Assembly: GCA_040752415.1 (NCBI GenBank)
Contig: JBFMGU010000207.1
Span: 1-18,307, forward strand
Direction of reading: 5' to 3'
DNA from: Myxococcota bacterium
Lineage (GTDB): Bacteria; Myxococcota; JACRCW01
Length of the DNA: 18,307 bases
The notes under the pieces are model-generated. The model ran no database searches and had not been told where the DNA came from. It saw nothing but the letters and a program-made list of their open reading frames with translations. Below are positions 8,950 to 17,436 of this stretch, piece by piece. The position numbers were made by a program, and so were the translations under genes. Every line of letters starts with the position of its first letter. Position 1 is the stretch's first letter.

Positions 8950-10368
8950 TCAGATGGTGAGGACCTTGATGGTGTCGGTGGTGCCCGGCTGCCACAGCGG
9001 CAGACCGAAGATCATCACCACGCGGTCGCCGGCCACCAGGCCCTGGTGGGACTGCAGCAGCTCGCGCACGCCCGCGATCATGGAGTCGGTGGAGTCCATG
9101 CGCGGGATGAGCAGCGGCGTGACACCGCGGAGCAGGCCCAGGCGGCGCGCGGTCTTCTCGTCGGAGGTGGCGCCCAGCACCGGGGTGCGGCCCGCCAGTC
9201 GTGAGACCAGGCGCGCACTGCCGCCGCCCTCGGTGAACGCCACCAGCCACCGCGCGCCCACCTCTTCCGCCACGCGGCTGGCCGCGAATGCCACGCTGAT
9301 GTTGACGCTGTCGCCCTTGCCCACAATGAGCTCGTCGACGAACGGCCCCAGGCGGTGGGTGAAGTTCGCGTCCGCTTCCGCGGCAATGCGGCCCAGCCAC
9401 TGCACCGCCTGCACGGGGTACTTGCCGGTGGCGCTCTCCGCGCTGAGCATGACCGCGTCGGTGCCGTCCCAGACCGCGTTGGCCACGTCGGAGGCCTCGG
9501 CGCGCGTGGGCGACGCGTTCTCGATCATGCTCTCCAGCATCTGCGTGGCGGTGATCACCGGCTTCAGCTTCATGCGCGCGGTCTTGATGATCATCTTCTG
9601 GATGGAAGGGACGCGCTCCACGCCCAGCTCCACGCCCAGGTCGCCACGGGCCACCATGACGCCCCAGGTCTCGTCGAGGATCTCCTCCAGGTTCTTCAGC
9701 GCCTTGGGATGCTCGATCTTGGCGATCACCTGCTGGTTGCCACCGGCCTCGGCAATGAGCTTGCGGAGCAGCTGCACGTCGGCGGCGGTGCGCACGAAGC
9801 TCTGCGCGAACAGGTCCACGTGGTTGTCCACGCCCCACTTGATGTCGATGCGGTCCTTCTCGGTGAGCGCCTCCACCGCCACGTCCACGCCCACCGGGTG
9901 CACGCCCTTGCGGCTCTTGAGCAGCCCACCAATGTCGACGGTGGCCTCCACCAGCTCCTTGGTGGCGGACACCACGGTGGCCACGATGTTGCCGTCGTCC
10001 AGCAGCCAGCGCTGCCCGGGCTCCGCGCTGTCAAACAGCTCCTGGTGGTCCAGCGGCGCGGCCCACGCGGCGGCGGGCGGCTTGACGTGGCTGCGGTGGA
10101 AGAAGCCGCGCTGACCGGGGACCAGGCTGACCGGCTGCTCCATGGTGCTGATGCGCCACTTGGGACCCTGCAGGTCCAGGAACACCGGGATGGTCCGCCC
10201 CAGCTCGCGCGAGGTCTTGCGCACCCGCAACAGTGCGGCGCTGCGCGTCTCCAGGTCGCCGTGGCTGGCGTTGAGCCGGACGCAGTCGGCTTCGCGGAGC
10301 ACGTCGGAGAGACGGTCTCCCTGCATCAGGGCTGGGCCAAACGTAACCACCAACTTGGTCTTCCGCAC
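8950..10368 (-). CDS. pyk: Pyruvate kinase (472 aa)
   Basis: RKTKLVVTFGP, RLNASHG, DLQGPK, SFVR, AKIE, MVARGDLGVE, ATQMLESM, PTRAEASDVANAV.DGTDAVMLS motifs. GTG start at 10368 with AGGAGG RBS. Confidence 0.97.
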   Translation of the reverse strand: MRKTKLVVTFGPALMQGDRLSDVLREADCVRLNASHGDLETRSAALLRVRKTSRELGRTIPVFLDLQGPKWRISTMEQPVSLVPGQRGFFHRSHVKPPAAAWAAPLDHQELFDSAEPGQRWLLDDGNIVATVVSATKELVEATVDIGGLLKSRKGVHPVGVDVAVEALTEKDRIDIKWGVDNHVDLFAQSFVRTAADVQLLRKLIAEAGGNQQVIAKIEHPKALKNLEEILDETWGVMVARGDLGVELGVERVPSIQKMIIKTARMKLKPVITATQMLESMIENASPTRAEASDVANAVWDGTDAVMLSAESATGKYPVQAVQWLGRIAAEADANFTHRLGPFVDELIVGKGDSVNISVAFAASRVAEEVGARWLVAFTEGGGSARLVSRLAGRTPVLGATSDEKTARRLGLLRGVTPLLIPRMDSTDSMIAGVRELLQSHQGLVAGDRVVMIFGLPLWQPGTTDTIKVLTI

Positions 10369-10532
10369 GGGTTGCCTCCTCAGGTCGGCGCCGGGGGCTA
10401 CTACCACGCCCGAAGGCCATTGGAAGCGTCTGCGCGGACGAGTCCCAGCCCGCGGTGCGGGAGTGGACTCCGCCTGCTGGGGATGCGTGGCGTCGTGCGT
10501 CATGCCTGGTACTTGCCGCCGCGGAGGCCACC

Positions 10533-12017
10533 ATGCACGAGCGCGCCCGTGGCAGCGGGAGCCGCACCCTGGGCGCGTGGACGCCTCCGCCACCGCGCCG
10601 TAGCGTCGGGTCCGTGCCGCGCCTGTCTCACGTCGGTGTGCTGCTCTGCGCCGGGGCCTGCTCCGTGTCCCTGGGCGGCGCCCCCGACGTCGACGACTGG
10701 CCTCCGCCGCTGCCCGAGCCGGAGGTCATTCCCGCCGAGCCTCAGAGATCCGGAGATCCCCAGGTGGGTTGGGACACGCTCGTCCACGACGGGTACGTGG
10801 GCTGTGGCGTTCCCGCCAACGTGTACTGGTTGGGCGCGGGGCCCACGCCTCCGACGCTGCTGCTCCCGGACCGACGTGGCACCAACGCGCGACTGCCCTT
10901 CGACCGCACCGCGTTCATCACGTCCGCCGGCGTGGAGGTGGTAACCGCGAACTGCCTCTTCTGTCACGCCGGCTTCCTCGAGAATGACCTCGTGGTGGGC
11001 CTGGGCGCGAGCGAGAAGGACTTCTCCGGGACCCTGGAGCCGGCGGTGGAGCTGCCAGGGATGATGCTCGCTGAGGGGGCGGAGCGTCGGGAGTGGGAGC
11101 GCTGGGCCTCGCGCATGCGCACCATCCAGCCGCGGATTCGCACGGAGGTGACGGGCGCCAATCCCGCCGACAACCTCGCCGCCACGCTCTTTGCCCACCG
11201 CGACCCCGCGACGCTGGCCTGGTCCAACGCGCCCTTGCGCGAGGAGCCGACGAAGCAGGTGGCCCCCGTCGACGTTCCGCCGTGGTGGCTCATGAAGCGG
11301 AAGAACGCCATGTTCCACAACGGCGCTGGTCGTGGGGACCAGGTGCGGATGATGATGCTGGCGTCCAACCTGTGCGTGGACGACGTGAAAACCGCCCGCG
11401 CCATTGACGAGCGCTTCACGCACATCCGCGCGTTCATCCTCTCCGTGGAGCCGCCGCGGTATCCCGGCCACGTCGACGAGGGGCTCGTGGAGCAGGGGCG
11501 CGGGGTGTTCCAGGCCAACTGCGCGCGTTGCCACGGCATGCCCGGTGAACCGCATCCCAACCTGCTCATCCCGACGGAGATCGTGGGCACCGACCCCATG
11601 GCGGCGGGCGCCGGCATGTTCGCGCGTCGCTTCGTCGACTGGTTCGCGGCGTCGTTCTACGGCGAGCGCGCACGCCTGGAACCGCGCAGGGGCTACGTGG
11701 CTCCGCCGCTCGACGGCATCTGGGCCTCCGCGCCCTACCTGCACAACGGGAGCGTGCCCACCCTGGCGGCGCTGCTGCAGAGCTCCCGTCGCCCGACGAG
11801 GTGGAGTCACCTCCCGCAGCGCAGGTACGACCATGACGCGCTGGGGTGGGCGCACGTGGAAGTGGCGGCGGACCTGCTGGAGGAGCCCACGGGCCAGGCG
11901 CGCCGCCACGTCTACGACGCCACCCGCCCCGGTTACGCCAACACGGGCCACACCTTCGGGGACGCCCTCCACGACGACGAGCGCCGCGCCCTGCTGGAAT
12001 TCCTCAAGACGTTGTAG
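10533..12017 (+). CDS. Di-heme c-type cytochrome of the RoxA/MauG-motif group, probably exported
   Basis: CLFCH (10953-10967) and CARCH (11520-11534); YVAPPLDGIWASAPYLHNGSVPTL; C-terminal NTGHTFG. ATG 10533 has a GGAGG RBS; GTG 10614 is an alternative start giving a lipoprotein-like signal (LLCAGAC). Confidence 0.88.
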   Translation: MHERARGSGSRTLGAWTPPPPRRSVGSVPRLSHVGVLLCAGACSVSLGGAPDVDDWPPPLPEPEVIPAEPQRSGDPQVGWDTLVHDGYVGCGVPANVYWLGAGPTPPTLLLPDRRGTNARLPFDRTAFITSAGVEVVTANCLFCHAGFLENDLVVGLGASEKDFSGTLEPAVELPGMMLAEGAERREWERWASRMRTIQPRIRTEVTGANPADNLAATLFAHRDPATLAWSNAPLREEPTKQVAPVDVPPWWLMKRKNAMFHNGAGRGDQVRMMMLASNLCVDDVKTARAIDERFTHIRAFILSVEPPRYPGHVDEGLVEQGRGVFQANCARCHGMPGEPHPNLLIPTEIVGTDPMAAGAGMFARRFVDWFAASFYGERARLEPRRGYVAPPLDGIWASAPYLHNGSVPTLAALLQSSRRPTRWSHLPQRRYDHDALGWAHVEVAADLLEEPTGQARRHVYDATRPGYANTGHTFGDALHDDERRALLEFLKTL

Positions 12018-12111
12018 GCTCCGCGCCGTGGGCCGGATTTCACAGCCTCAGCCAGGCCACGTGCATGGCGCGTTGCAGTTGGATATGACCGGCCACCCCA
12101 CGGAGGAACCG

Positions 12112-12486
12112 ATGAAGATCGCTGGTTTTGTTGCCACTGCATTCGCCGCTGCCGCGCTGCTCTTCTCCACCCCCGCCGTTGCCTGCCCCGGTGAGTCCGA
12201 CGCGCCGGTCACCGCCGCCAAGCTCCCGGTGGGCAAGCAGCTCACGCTGACGGGCGTGGTGATGGAGGAGGGCTGTCCCATGGAGGCCAAGGAGATGGGC
12301 TGCACGGGTCGTGTGCTCGTCCTGGAGGATGGCGGCAAGTACATGATCATGAAGAACAAGGGCTCGGAGAAGATGATTGCCGCGGTGAAGCAGAACACCA
12401 AGGTGACCGTGAAGGCAGACGTCGTCGAGAAGAACGGCCACACCATGGTGCGTATCAAGAGCTTCAAGCCGGTGGCCAACAGCTGA
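12112..12486 (+). CDS. Small secreted protein, Cys/Met-rich, predicted beta-barrel/OB-like (124 aa)
   Basis: GGAGG RBS; signal peptide MKIAGFVATAFAAAALLFSTPAVA; LTLTGVVMEEGCPMEAKEMGCTGRVLVLEDGGKY...KVTVKADVVEKNG; strong codon bias. Confidence 0.85.
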   Translation: MKIAGFVATAFAAAALLFSTPAVACPGESDAPVTAAKLPVGKQLTLTGVVMEEGCPMEAKEMGCTGRVLVLEDGGKYMIMKNKGSEKMIAAVKQNTKVTVKADVVEKNGHTMVRIKSFKPVANS

Positions 12487-12494
12487 AGCACCTC

Positions 12495-12542
12495 CGGTGA
12501 AGCGCCCGTCGGGACGTGTTCTCGTCGGGCGCTTCCCGTTTT
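12495..12542 (+). terminator. Rho-independent terminator
   Basis: GAAGCGCCCG/CGGGCGCTTC stem (12499-12508 and 12526-12535) with an inner CGGGA/TCTCG helix, followed by TTTT. Confidence 0.7.
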
Positions 12543-12548
12543 CTCCTC

Positions 12549-13238
12549 ATGTCGCTCGTCCCGTGTCTGGCGCTGTGCCTGGCCGGTCAGCTGCTGGCCG
12601 CCGCGCCGGACGTCGACGAGGCTCCAACATCCGAAGATCTGGAGCTGGTTGCCCCGTCGGTGGAGACGCCGGAGGACGACCCGCATCCACGCAACCTGGG
12701 AGCGTGGCGCGCCGCTGGAGCGCCGGGGTTACGCAGCGCGATGGGAACGTTCGCTGCGTTGCTCGTCGCGAACATCCTTCCACGCACGATCTGGCACTGC
12801 GCCGCGGGGCTGCCGTACATCTGCTACTGCCTGCCGTTGGCGCCGGTGATCTACCTCGTCATCGCCCTGTGCTCGGCTGCCATGGCGTCCGTGGTGGGGT
12901 GGGCCGTGGCCGACGTCGTCGAGAAGCGGCGGGTCTCCTGGGTGAAACTGTGGGCCGTGTTGACGGTGTGCACCGTGGTGTTCGCGCCGTTGATGGCAGT
13001 GATGACGTGGATGGGCGTCCTTGGGGGGTACCTCGGGTCTTACGCCATCACCATCCCAGTGCTGCTGGGCGGGAGCACGGGGCTCACGCAGCGGCAGGAG
13101 CTGATCCTGGTGGTGGCTGCGTCGGTGGTCTCCGCGATGGCGCTCATGACGGTGGTGTGGATGGCGCTGCCCACGCTGGGCGACGTCGTGGGGGCGGCGT
13201 ATGTGGCGTGGGCGGTGGCGGAGAGTGAGGGAGCCTGA
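12549..13238 (+). CDS. Hypothetical integral membrane protein with signal-like N-terminus (~229 aa)
   Basis: Hydrophobic leader, acidic linker, then several long hydrophobic segments. Start codon uncertain. Confidence 0.7.
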   Translation: MSLVPCLALCLAGQLLAAAPDVDEAPTSEDLELVAPSVETPEDDPHPRNLGAWRAAGAPGLRSAMGTFAALLVANILPRTIWHCAAGLPYICYCLPLAPVIYLVIALCSAAMASVVGWAVADVVEKRRVSWVKLWAVLTVCTVVFAPLMAVMTWMGVLGGYLGSYAITIPVLLGGSTGLTQRQELILVVAASVVSAMALMTVVWMALPTLGDVVGAAYVAWAVAESEGA

Positions 13239-13298
13239 CGTCGTTCAGCCCGCAACGCCAGATCTGAACAACGACGAATCGGAGATGCGCGCGCCGGC

Positions 13299-13532
13299 TC
13301 ATGAGCCTTGGGCGCGGAGGGCCGCGGCATTCGCGTCTGCGACAGGCGGCTCCGTGGATGCACGGGCCTGCACGACCCATTCGATGCGATTGGCCTCGAT
13401 CAACTGCTGCACGCGCTCAAGCGGTGTCATGGCGGCGTGCTCCGCCAGCAGTGTGGTGTCTACGCCGTAGTTGCGCGCAGCCTCCCACGCGGAGCCGAAG
13501 ACAGGCATCTCCGTGGACGGGTCAAATGCCAT
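13299..13532 (-). CDS. Small hypothetical protein (77 aa), antitoxin-like GVDxTLL...TPxER motif
   Basis: WEAARNYGVDTTLLAEHAAMTPLERVQQL resembles small genes found upstream of predicted nucleotidyltransferases (recalled, unverified). Start could also be 13601. Confidence 0.6.
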   Translation of the reverse strand: MAFDPSTEMPVFGSAWEAARNYGVDTTLLAEHAAMTPLERVQQLIEANRIEWVVQARASTEPPVADANAAALRAQGS

Positions 13533-13787
13533 GCACGACCGGATACCAGGGGACCCAACAACTGTCACAAGGGCCATCCATCGTGCTGGTTGTTCATTCA
13601 CTCCGCATCGCCGGAGCGCGATGAGGGCGATTTCATCCGCTCTGGTGCGAGGTCCTGCTCAAGCGGATGATGCTCAACCTGGGTCCGCCGAACGGCGGGG
13701 CCACGACGGGCTTGGCACCGGGCCCCTCTCCTGAGAGAAATACGCCCCCCGCGCGGGGGTGTTGGTTCATCTACCCGTTAGGCTGCC

Positions 13788-14876
13788 ATGCGGTTCGCCC
13801 ATCCTGATGCGTTCTGGCTGTTGTTGCTCGTGGTGCTGCTGGCGCTGCTCATGTGGCGCGCGGAGCGCGTGCGGTTGGCCCGGTTGGCCAAGCTGGCCGA
13901 GGACGCGCTGCTCCCGCCGCTGACGTCGGAAACCTCGCGCGGTCGTCGCCTGTGGCGTCACGCGCTCACCGTCCTGGGCTGCACCCTGTGCGTGGTGGCC
14001 CTGGCGCGTCCGCAGGCGGGCACCCGCGTGGAACTGGAGAAGACCCACGGCGTCAACGTGGTCATGGCCGTGGACGTGTCCAAGAGCATGTGGGCCCGCG
14101 ACGTGGCCCCTGACCGCCTCCGTCGGGCGCAGGCCGAGCTGGGCGACCTCATGGAGAGCCTGCGTGGCAACCGCGTGGGCCTGGTGGCCTTTGCCGGCGT
14201 GGCGTACGCGCCCTGCCCCCTGACCACCGACATTGGCGCGGCCAAGCTGTTCCTCCGCAACCTCTCCCCCGAGGCGGTGCCGCAAGGTGGAACCGCCATT
14301 GCCCGCGCCCTGGCCACGGCTCGCGCGCTGTTCCGCGCGGAGGCGCGCACCGAGGGTCAGGCGCAGCCCACCAGCAAGGCCGCCAACATCATCGTGCTGG
14401 TCACCGACGGAGAGGACCACGAGGGTGACCTGGAGACCGAGGCCAAGGCGCTCAAGGACGAGGGCATCATGCTCTACGCGGTGGGCGTGGGCAGCACCCT
14501 GGGTGAGCCCATCCCGCTGCCCAGCGGGGGCGCGGGCCAGCAGCTCTACATGCGCGACGCCAGCGGCCAGACCGTGCTCACCCGTCTCAACGAGGCGGCG
14601 CTGCAGAAGCTCGCCGAGGATGCGGGGGGCGCGTACGTCTCGGGGCAGGGCGGCGGGTTGGGGCTGCAGCCGGTGAAGGAGGGCATTGCGGCCATCCAGA
14701 AGGCGGAGCTGGAGAGCCGCCTGGTGGTGGCCTACGACGAGCGTTACGCCTGGGTCCTGGCCCCCGGGCTCTTCTGCCTGGTGCTCTCCCGCCTGTTGCG
14801 CTTGCGCGCGCGCGGGACCGTGCCTACTGCGCAGGGCGCAACGCTGCCGCGGCAGCCGCAGGGAGTGGTGGGATGA
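13788..14876 (+). CDS. batB: BatB-like vWA domain membrane protein (362 aa)
   Basis: MRFAHP..FWLL N-terminal Bat segment, ALARPQ, MIDAS DVSKSM, RVGLVAFAG, CPLTTD, GTAI, LVTDGEDHEG, VGVGS..GEPIP. Confidence 0.88.
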   Translation: MRFAHPDAFWLLLLVVLLALLMWRAERVRLARLAKLAEDALLPPLTSETSRGRRLWRHALTVLGCTLCVVALARPQAGTRVELEKTHGVNVVMAVDVSKSMWARDVAPDRLRRAQAELGDLMESLRGNRVGLVAFAGVAYAPCPLTTDIGAAKLFLRNLSPEAVPQGGTAIARALATARALFRAEARTEGQAQPTSKAANIIVLVTDGEDHEGDLETEAKALKDEGIMLYAVGVGSTLGEPIPLPSGGAGQQLYMRDASGQTVLTRLNEAALQKLAEDAGGAYVSGQGGGLGLQPVKEGIAAIQKAELESRLVVAYDERYAWVLAPGLFCLVLSRLLRLRARGTVPTAQGATLPRQPQGVVG

Positions 14877-15601
14877 AGCCTGGCCTCGTCATTGCCATGA
14901 CCGTGGCCTCCTTCTGGTGGTGGCGCTCGGATCCCAACGTGGACCAGGGCAACGCCAAGGTGGCCGAGGGCAAGTTCGAGGAGGCGCTGGCCGACTTCGA
15001 GCGCGCCGACAAGACGCTCGACGACGAGGAACAGCGCCAGACCCTCAGCTTTGACAAGGGGGTGGCGTTGCACGGCGCGGGCAAGCTGGAGGAGGCGCGC
15101 AAGGCGTTTGCCGCAGCCGCCCAGTCCACCGACCCAACGCTGCGCAGCCGTGCCGCCTTCAACGAGGGCAACGTGGCCCACGCGCTCAACGACAAGCAGG
15201 GCGCGCTGGACGCGTACATCCGCTCGCTGCGCGCGGATCCCAACTACGGCCCCGCCAAGCGCAACCTGGAGGTGCTCCTCTCCCAGGAGGAACCGCCCCA
15301 GCCCGACGGTGGCGAGGGCGACTCCGACGGTGGCAGCGGCGGTGACGGCGGAAACTCCGACGGAGGCGGCGGCGGTGGCGACGGCGGCTCCGGTGGCGAC
15401 GGAGGCTCCGGCGGTGACGGCGGCTCCGGTGGCGACGGAGGCCAGCAGGATCAGCCCCCGCCCCAGCAGCAACAGCAGCAGATCAGCCAGCAGGACGCCA
15501 TGAAGATCCTCGACGCCATGCGCGAGGCGGAGAAGAACCGTCCCCTGGGTCGCATCATGCTCAAGGATGACCGGCCGCGTCGCAGCGCGAAGGAGTGGTG
15601 A
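14873..15601 (+). CDS. batC: BatC-like TPR protein with DGG/Gln low-complexity linker (242 aa)
   Basis: ATGA overlap with batB; TPR-like helices (FNEGN...AKRNLEVLL); C-terminal A.KILDAM...KEW typical of BatC. Confidence 0.85.
   Translation: MKPGLVIAMTVASFWWWRSDPNVDQGNAKVAEGKFEEALADFERADKTLDDEEQRQTLSFDKGVALHGAGKLEEARKAFAAAAQSTDPTLRSRAAFNEGNVAHALNDKQGALDAYIRSLRADPNYGPAKRNLEVLLSQEEPPQPDGGEGDSDGGSGGDGGNSDGGGGGGDGGSGGDGGSGGDGGSGGDGGQQDQPPPQQQQQQISQQDAMKILDAMREAEKNRPLGRIMLKDDRPRRSAKEW
15374..15442 (+). repeat. Intragenic 18-bp tandem repeat (~3.8 copies) encoding GGDGGS
   Basis: GGTGGCGACGGCGGCTCC / GGTGGCGACGGAGGCTCC / GGCGGTGACGGCGGCTCC / GGTGGCGACGGAGGC. Confidence 0.9.
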
Positions 15602-15603
15602 GG

Positions 15604-17436
15604 ATGCGGGCGGCGTGGCTCATCCCGGCGCTGGTGCTCTCGAGCGCGCCCCTTCCGGCCGCGGCGGCGGGGGGCATCAGCTACGTGGCGCACGTCGAGT
15701 CGCTGGAGGTGGAGGCGGGGGTGCCGTTCATGCTGACGGTCACCATCACCATCGAGGGGAACCGCACGCTGACCGACATCCAGCTCCCGCCGGTGGGCGG
15801 CCTGGAGGTGCTCTCCACCCAGCGCTCCGAGGGCAGCCAGGTGCAGCTCGGCGGCGGCGCCACGTCCATCCGACGGACCATCAAGGTCAGCATGCAGCTC
15901 GTGGCGGACAAGCCCGGCAAGTACACCATCGGCAAGGGCTACCTGCTGAGCGGCCGCGACCGCGTCGAGAGTGAGCCGTTCACGGTGACCGTGGTGCCGT
16001 CGGGGAGCAGCCCGCGTCGTCGTCCGCAGACCGGCGGCCAGTTCCCCGACGCACAACCCGACGCGCCACCGCCACCGCCACCCACCGAGAACTTCTCGAG
16101 CAGCAGCACCCAGCTCCCCGCCACCCCGGCGATGATCCGCAGCGGCTTGTTCGCCACGCTGGAGGCGGACCGCACCACGGTGAAGCTGGGAGAGCAGGTG
16201 ACCCTCACGGTGCGGCTGTTCTCACGCGTGGACCTCAGCGACATCGAGACGCTGCGGCTCCCCAAGTTGGAAGGCTTCTGGACGGAGGAGCTGGAGAATC
16301 CGCGTCGCATCACGCCCAATCCGGTGATGGTGAACGGGCAGCGCTTCCAGGCGTACCTGTTGCGTCGACTGGCGGTGTTTCCCACGCGCGCCGGGGAGTT
16401 CGAGCTGCCGGCGGTGGAAGCGGATGTGACGACGGGGAGCAGCTTCTTCTCCGCCGGTCGTCGGCAGCGCGCCGCGAGCATGCCGCTGACGCTGACCGTG
16501 GAGCCGCTCCCCGCGGAGGGACAGCCCGCGGACTTCCAGGCCGGCAACGTGGGGCAGTTCAAGCTCGTCGTGAAGGCGGACAAGAACCGCGTGAGCCTCA
16601 GCCAGCCCGTGACGGTGAGCGTCCGCGTGGAAGGGCAGGGGAACCTGCGTCAGCTCGTCGTGCCGCGGCTCACGGAGACCCCGGACGTGCGCATCTTCGA
16701 CCCCACGCCCACCGAGCAGATCGACGTGCGGGGCAACCGCTTCACCGGGTTCAAGCAACTGGATTTCCTGGTGCAGGCCAAGCGCACGGGCGCGGTGGAA
16801 TTGCCGGCGGTCACGTTCAGCTCCTGGGACCCGGAGGCGGGCCAGTACCGGACGGAGAAGGCCGAGCCGGTGCTCCTGGACGTCCTCCCTGACGACGCCA
16901 CCGCCCGCAGCGGCACCACCCCGCGCGGCAACATCCTCTCCGCGCAGGCCCGTCCGCTCCGCGCTGAGGCCGCGACGTCACGCTCGCTGCCCATGTTGCG
17001 CGGCCACCCCATGCTGCCGGTGCTGCTCGGTGGTCCGCTGCTCATCGCCATCGGGTCGCTCTCGCTGGGGGGGCTGTGGCGTCGTCGGAAGGAGCAGCGC
17101 AGCGTGGACCGCTCCGTGCTGGCGCGTGAGGCCACGGCGGCGCTGAAGGACGCGGCGCGCAATGGCGGCGGGCCGGAGGCGGTGAGCGCGGCGTTGAACG
17201 GTTACCTCACGGCGCGGCTGGGGCCGCAGGTGGCGGGCATGACGCGCGACCAGGTGCATGACCAGCTGCGCACCCGCGGCGCCCAACCCGACGACGCCGC
17301 GCGCCTGCGGCGCTTGTTGGAAGCACTGGATGAAGCGCGCTACGCGCCGCAGGGGGCGGCCCGGACCATGGCGCTCGCCGACGAGGCGGTGGCCGCGGTG
17401 CGTGCCTTGGAATCCACGATGGCGGGGAAGGCATGA
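15604..17436 (+). CDS. batD: BatD-like protein (610 aa)
   Basis: Signal peptide, repeated beta-rich modules (GEQVTLTV, FPTRAGEFELP, GNVGQFKL, V.GQGNL), one TM segment near the C-terminus; position in the bat operon. AAGGAG RBS before ATG 15604. Confidence 0.88.
   Translation: MRAAWLIPALVLSSAPLPAAAAGGISYVAHVESLEVEAGVPFMLTVTITIEGNRTLTDIQLPPVGGLEVLSTQRSEGSQVQLGGGATSIRRTIKVSMQLVADKPGKYTIGKGYLLSGRDRVESEPFTVTVVPSGSSPRRRPQTGGQFPDAQPDAPPPPPPTENFSSSSTQLPATPAMIRSGLFATLEADRTTVKLGEQVTLTVRLFSRVDLSDIETLRLPKLEGFWTEELENPRRITPNPVMVNGQRFQAYLLRRLAVFPTRAGEFELPAVEADVTTGSSFFSAGRRQRAASMPLTLTVEPLPAEGQPADFQAGNVGQFKLVVKADKNRVSLSQPVTVSVRVEGQGNLRQLVVPRLTETPDVRIFDPTPTEQIDVRGNRFTGFKQLDFLVQAKRTGAVELPAVTFSSWDPEAGQYRTEKAEPVLLDVLPDDATARSGTTPRGNILSAQARPLRAEAATSRSLPMLRGHPMLPVLLGGPLLIAIGSLSLGGLWRRRKEQRSVDRSVLAREATAALKDAARNGGGPEAVSAALNGYLTARLGPQVAGMTRDQVHDQLRTRGAQPDDAARLRRLLEALDEARYAPQGAARTMALADEAVAAVRALESTMAGKA

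Noticed and set aside
10369..10593. 75-aa N-terminal extension of pyruvate kinase in the ORF track
   Set aside because: GTG at 10368 has an AGGAGG RBS and matches the usual MRKTK start; the extension would overlap the divergent gene.
13672..13783. Integron attC-like pair GCTCAAC ... GTTAGGC before batB
   Set aside because: No complementary L boxes, no integrase, no repeated sites, and batB is not cassette-like.
15374..15442. Possible CRISPR-like repeat
   Set aside because: Contiguous in-frame coding repeat without spacers, and no cas genes.
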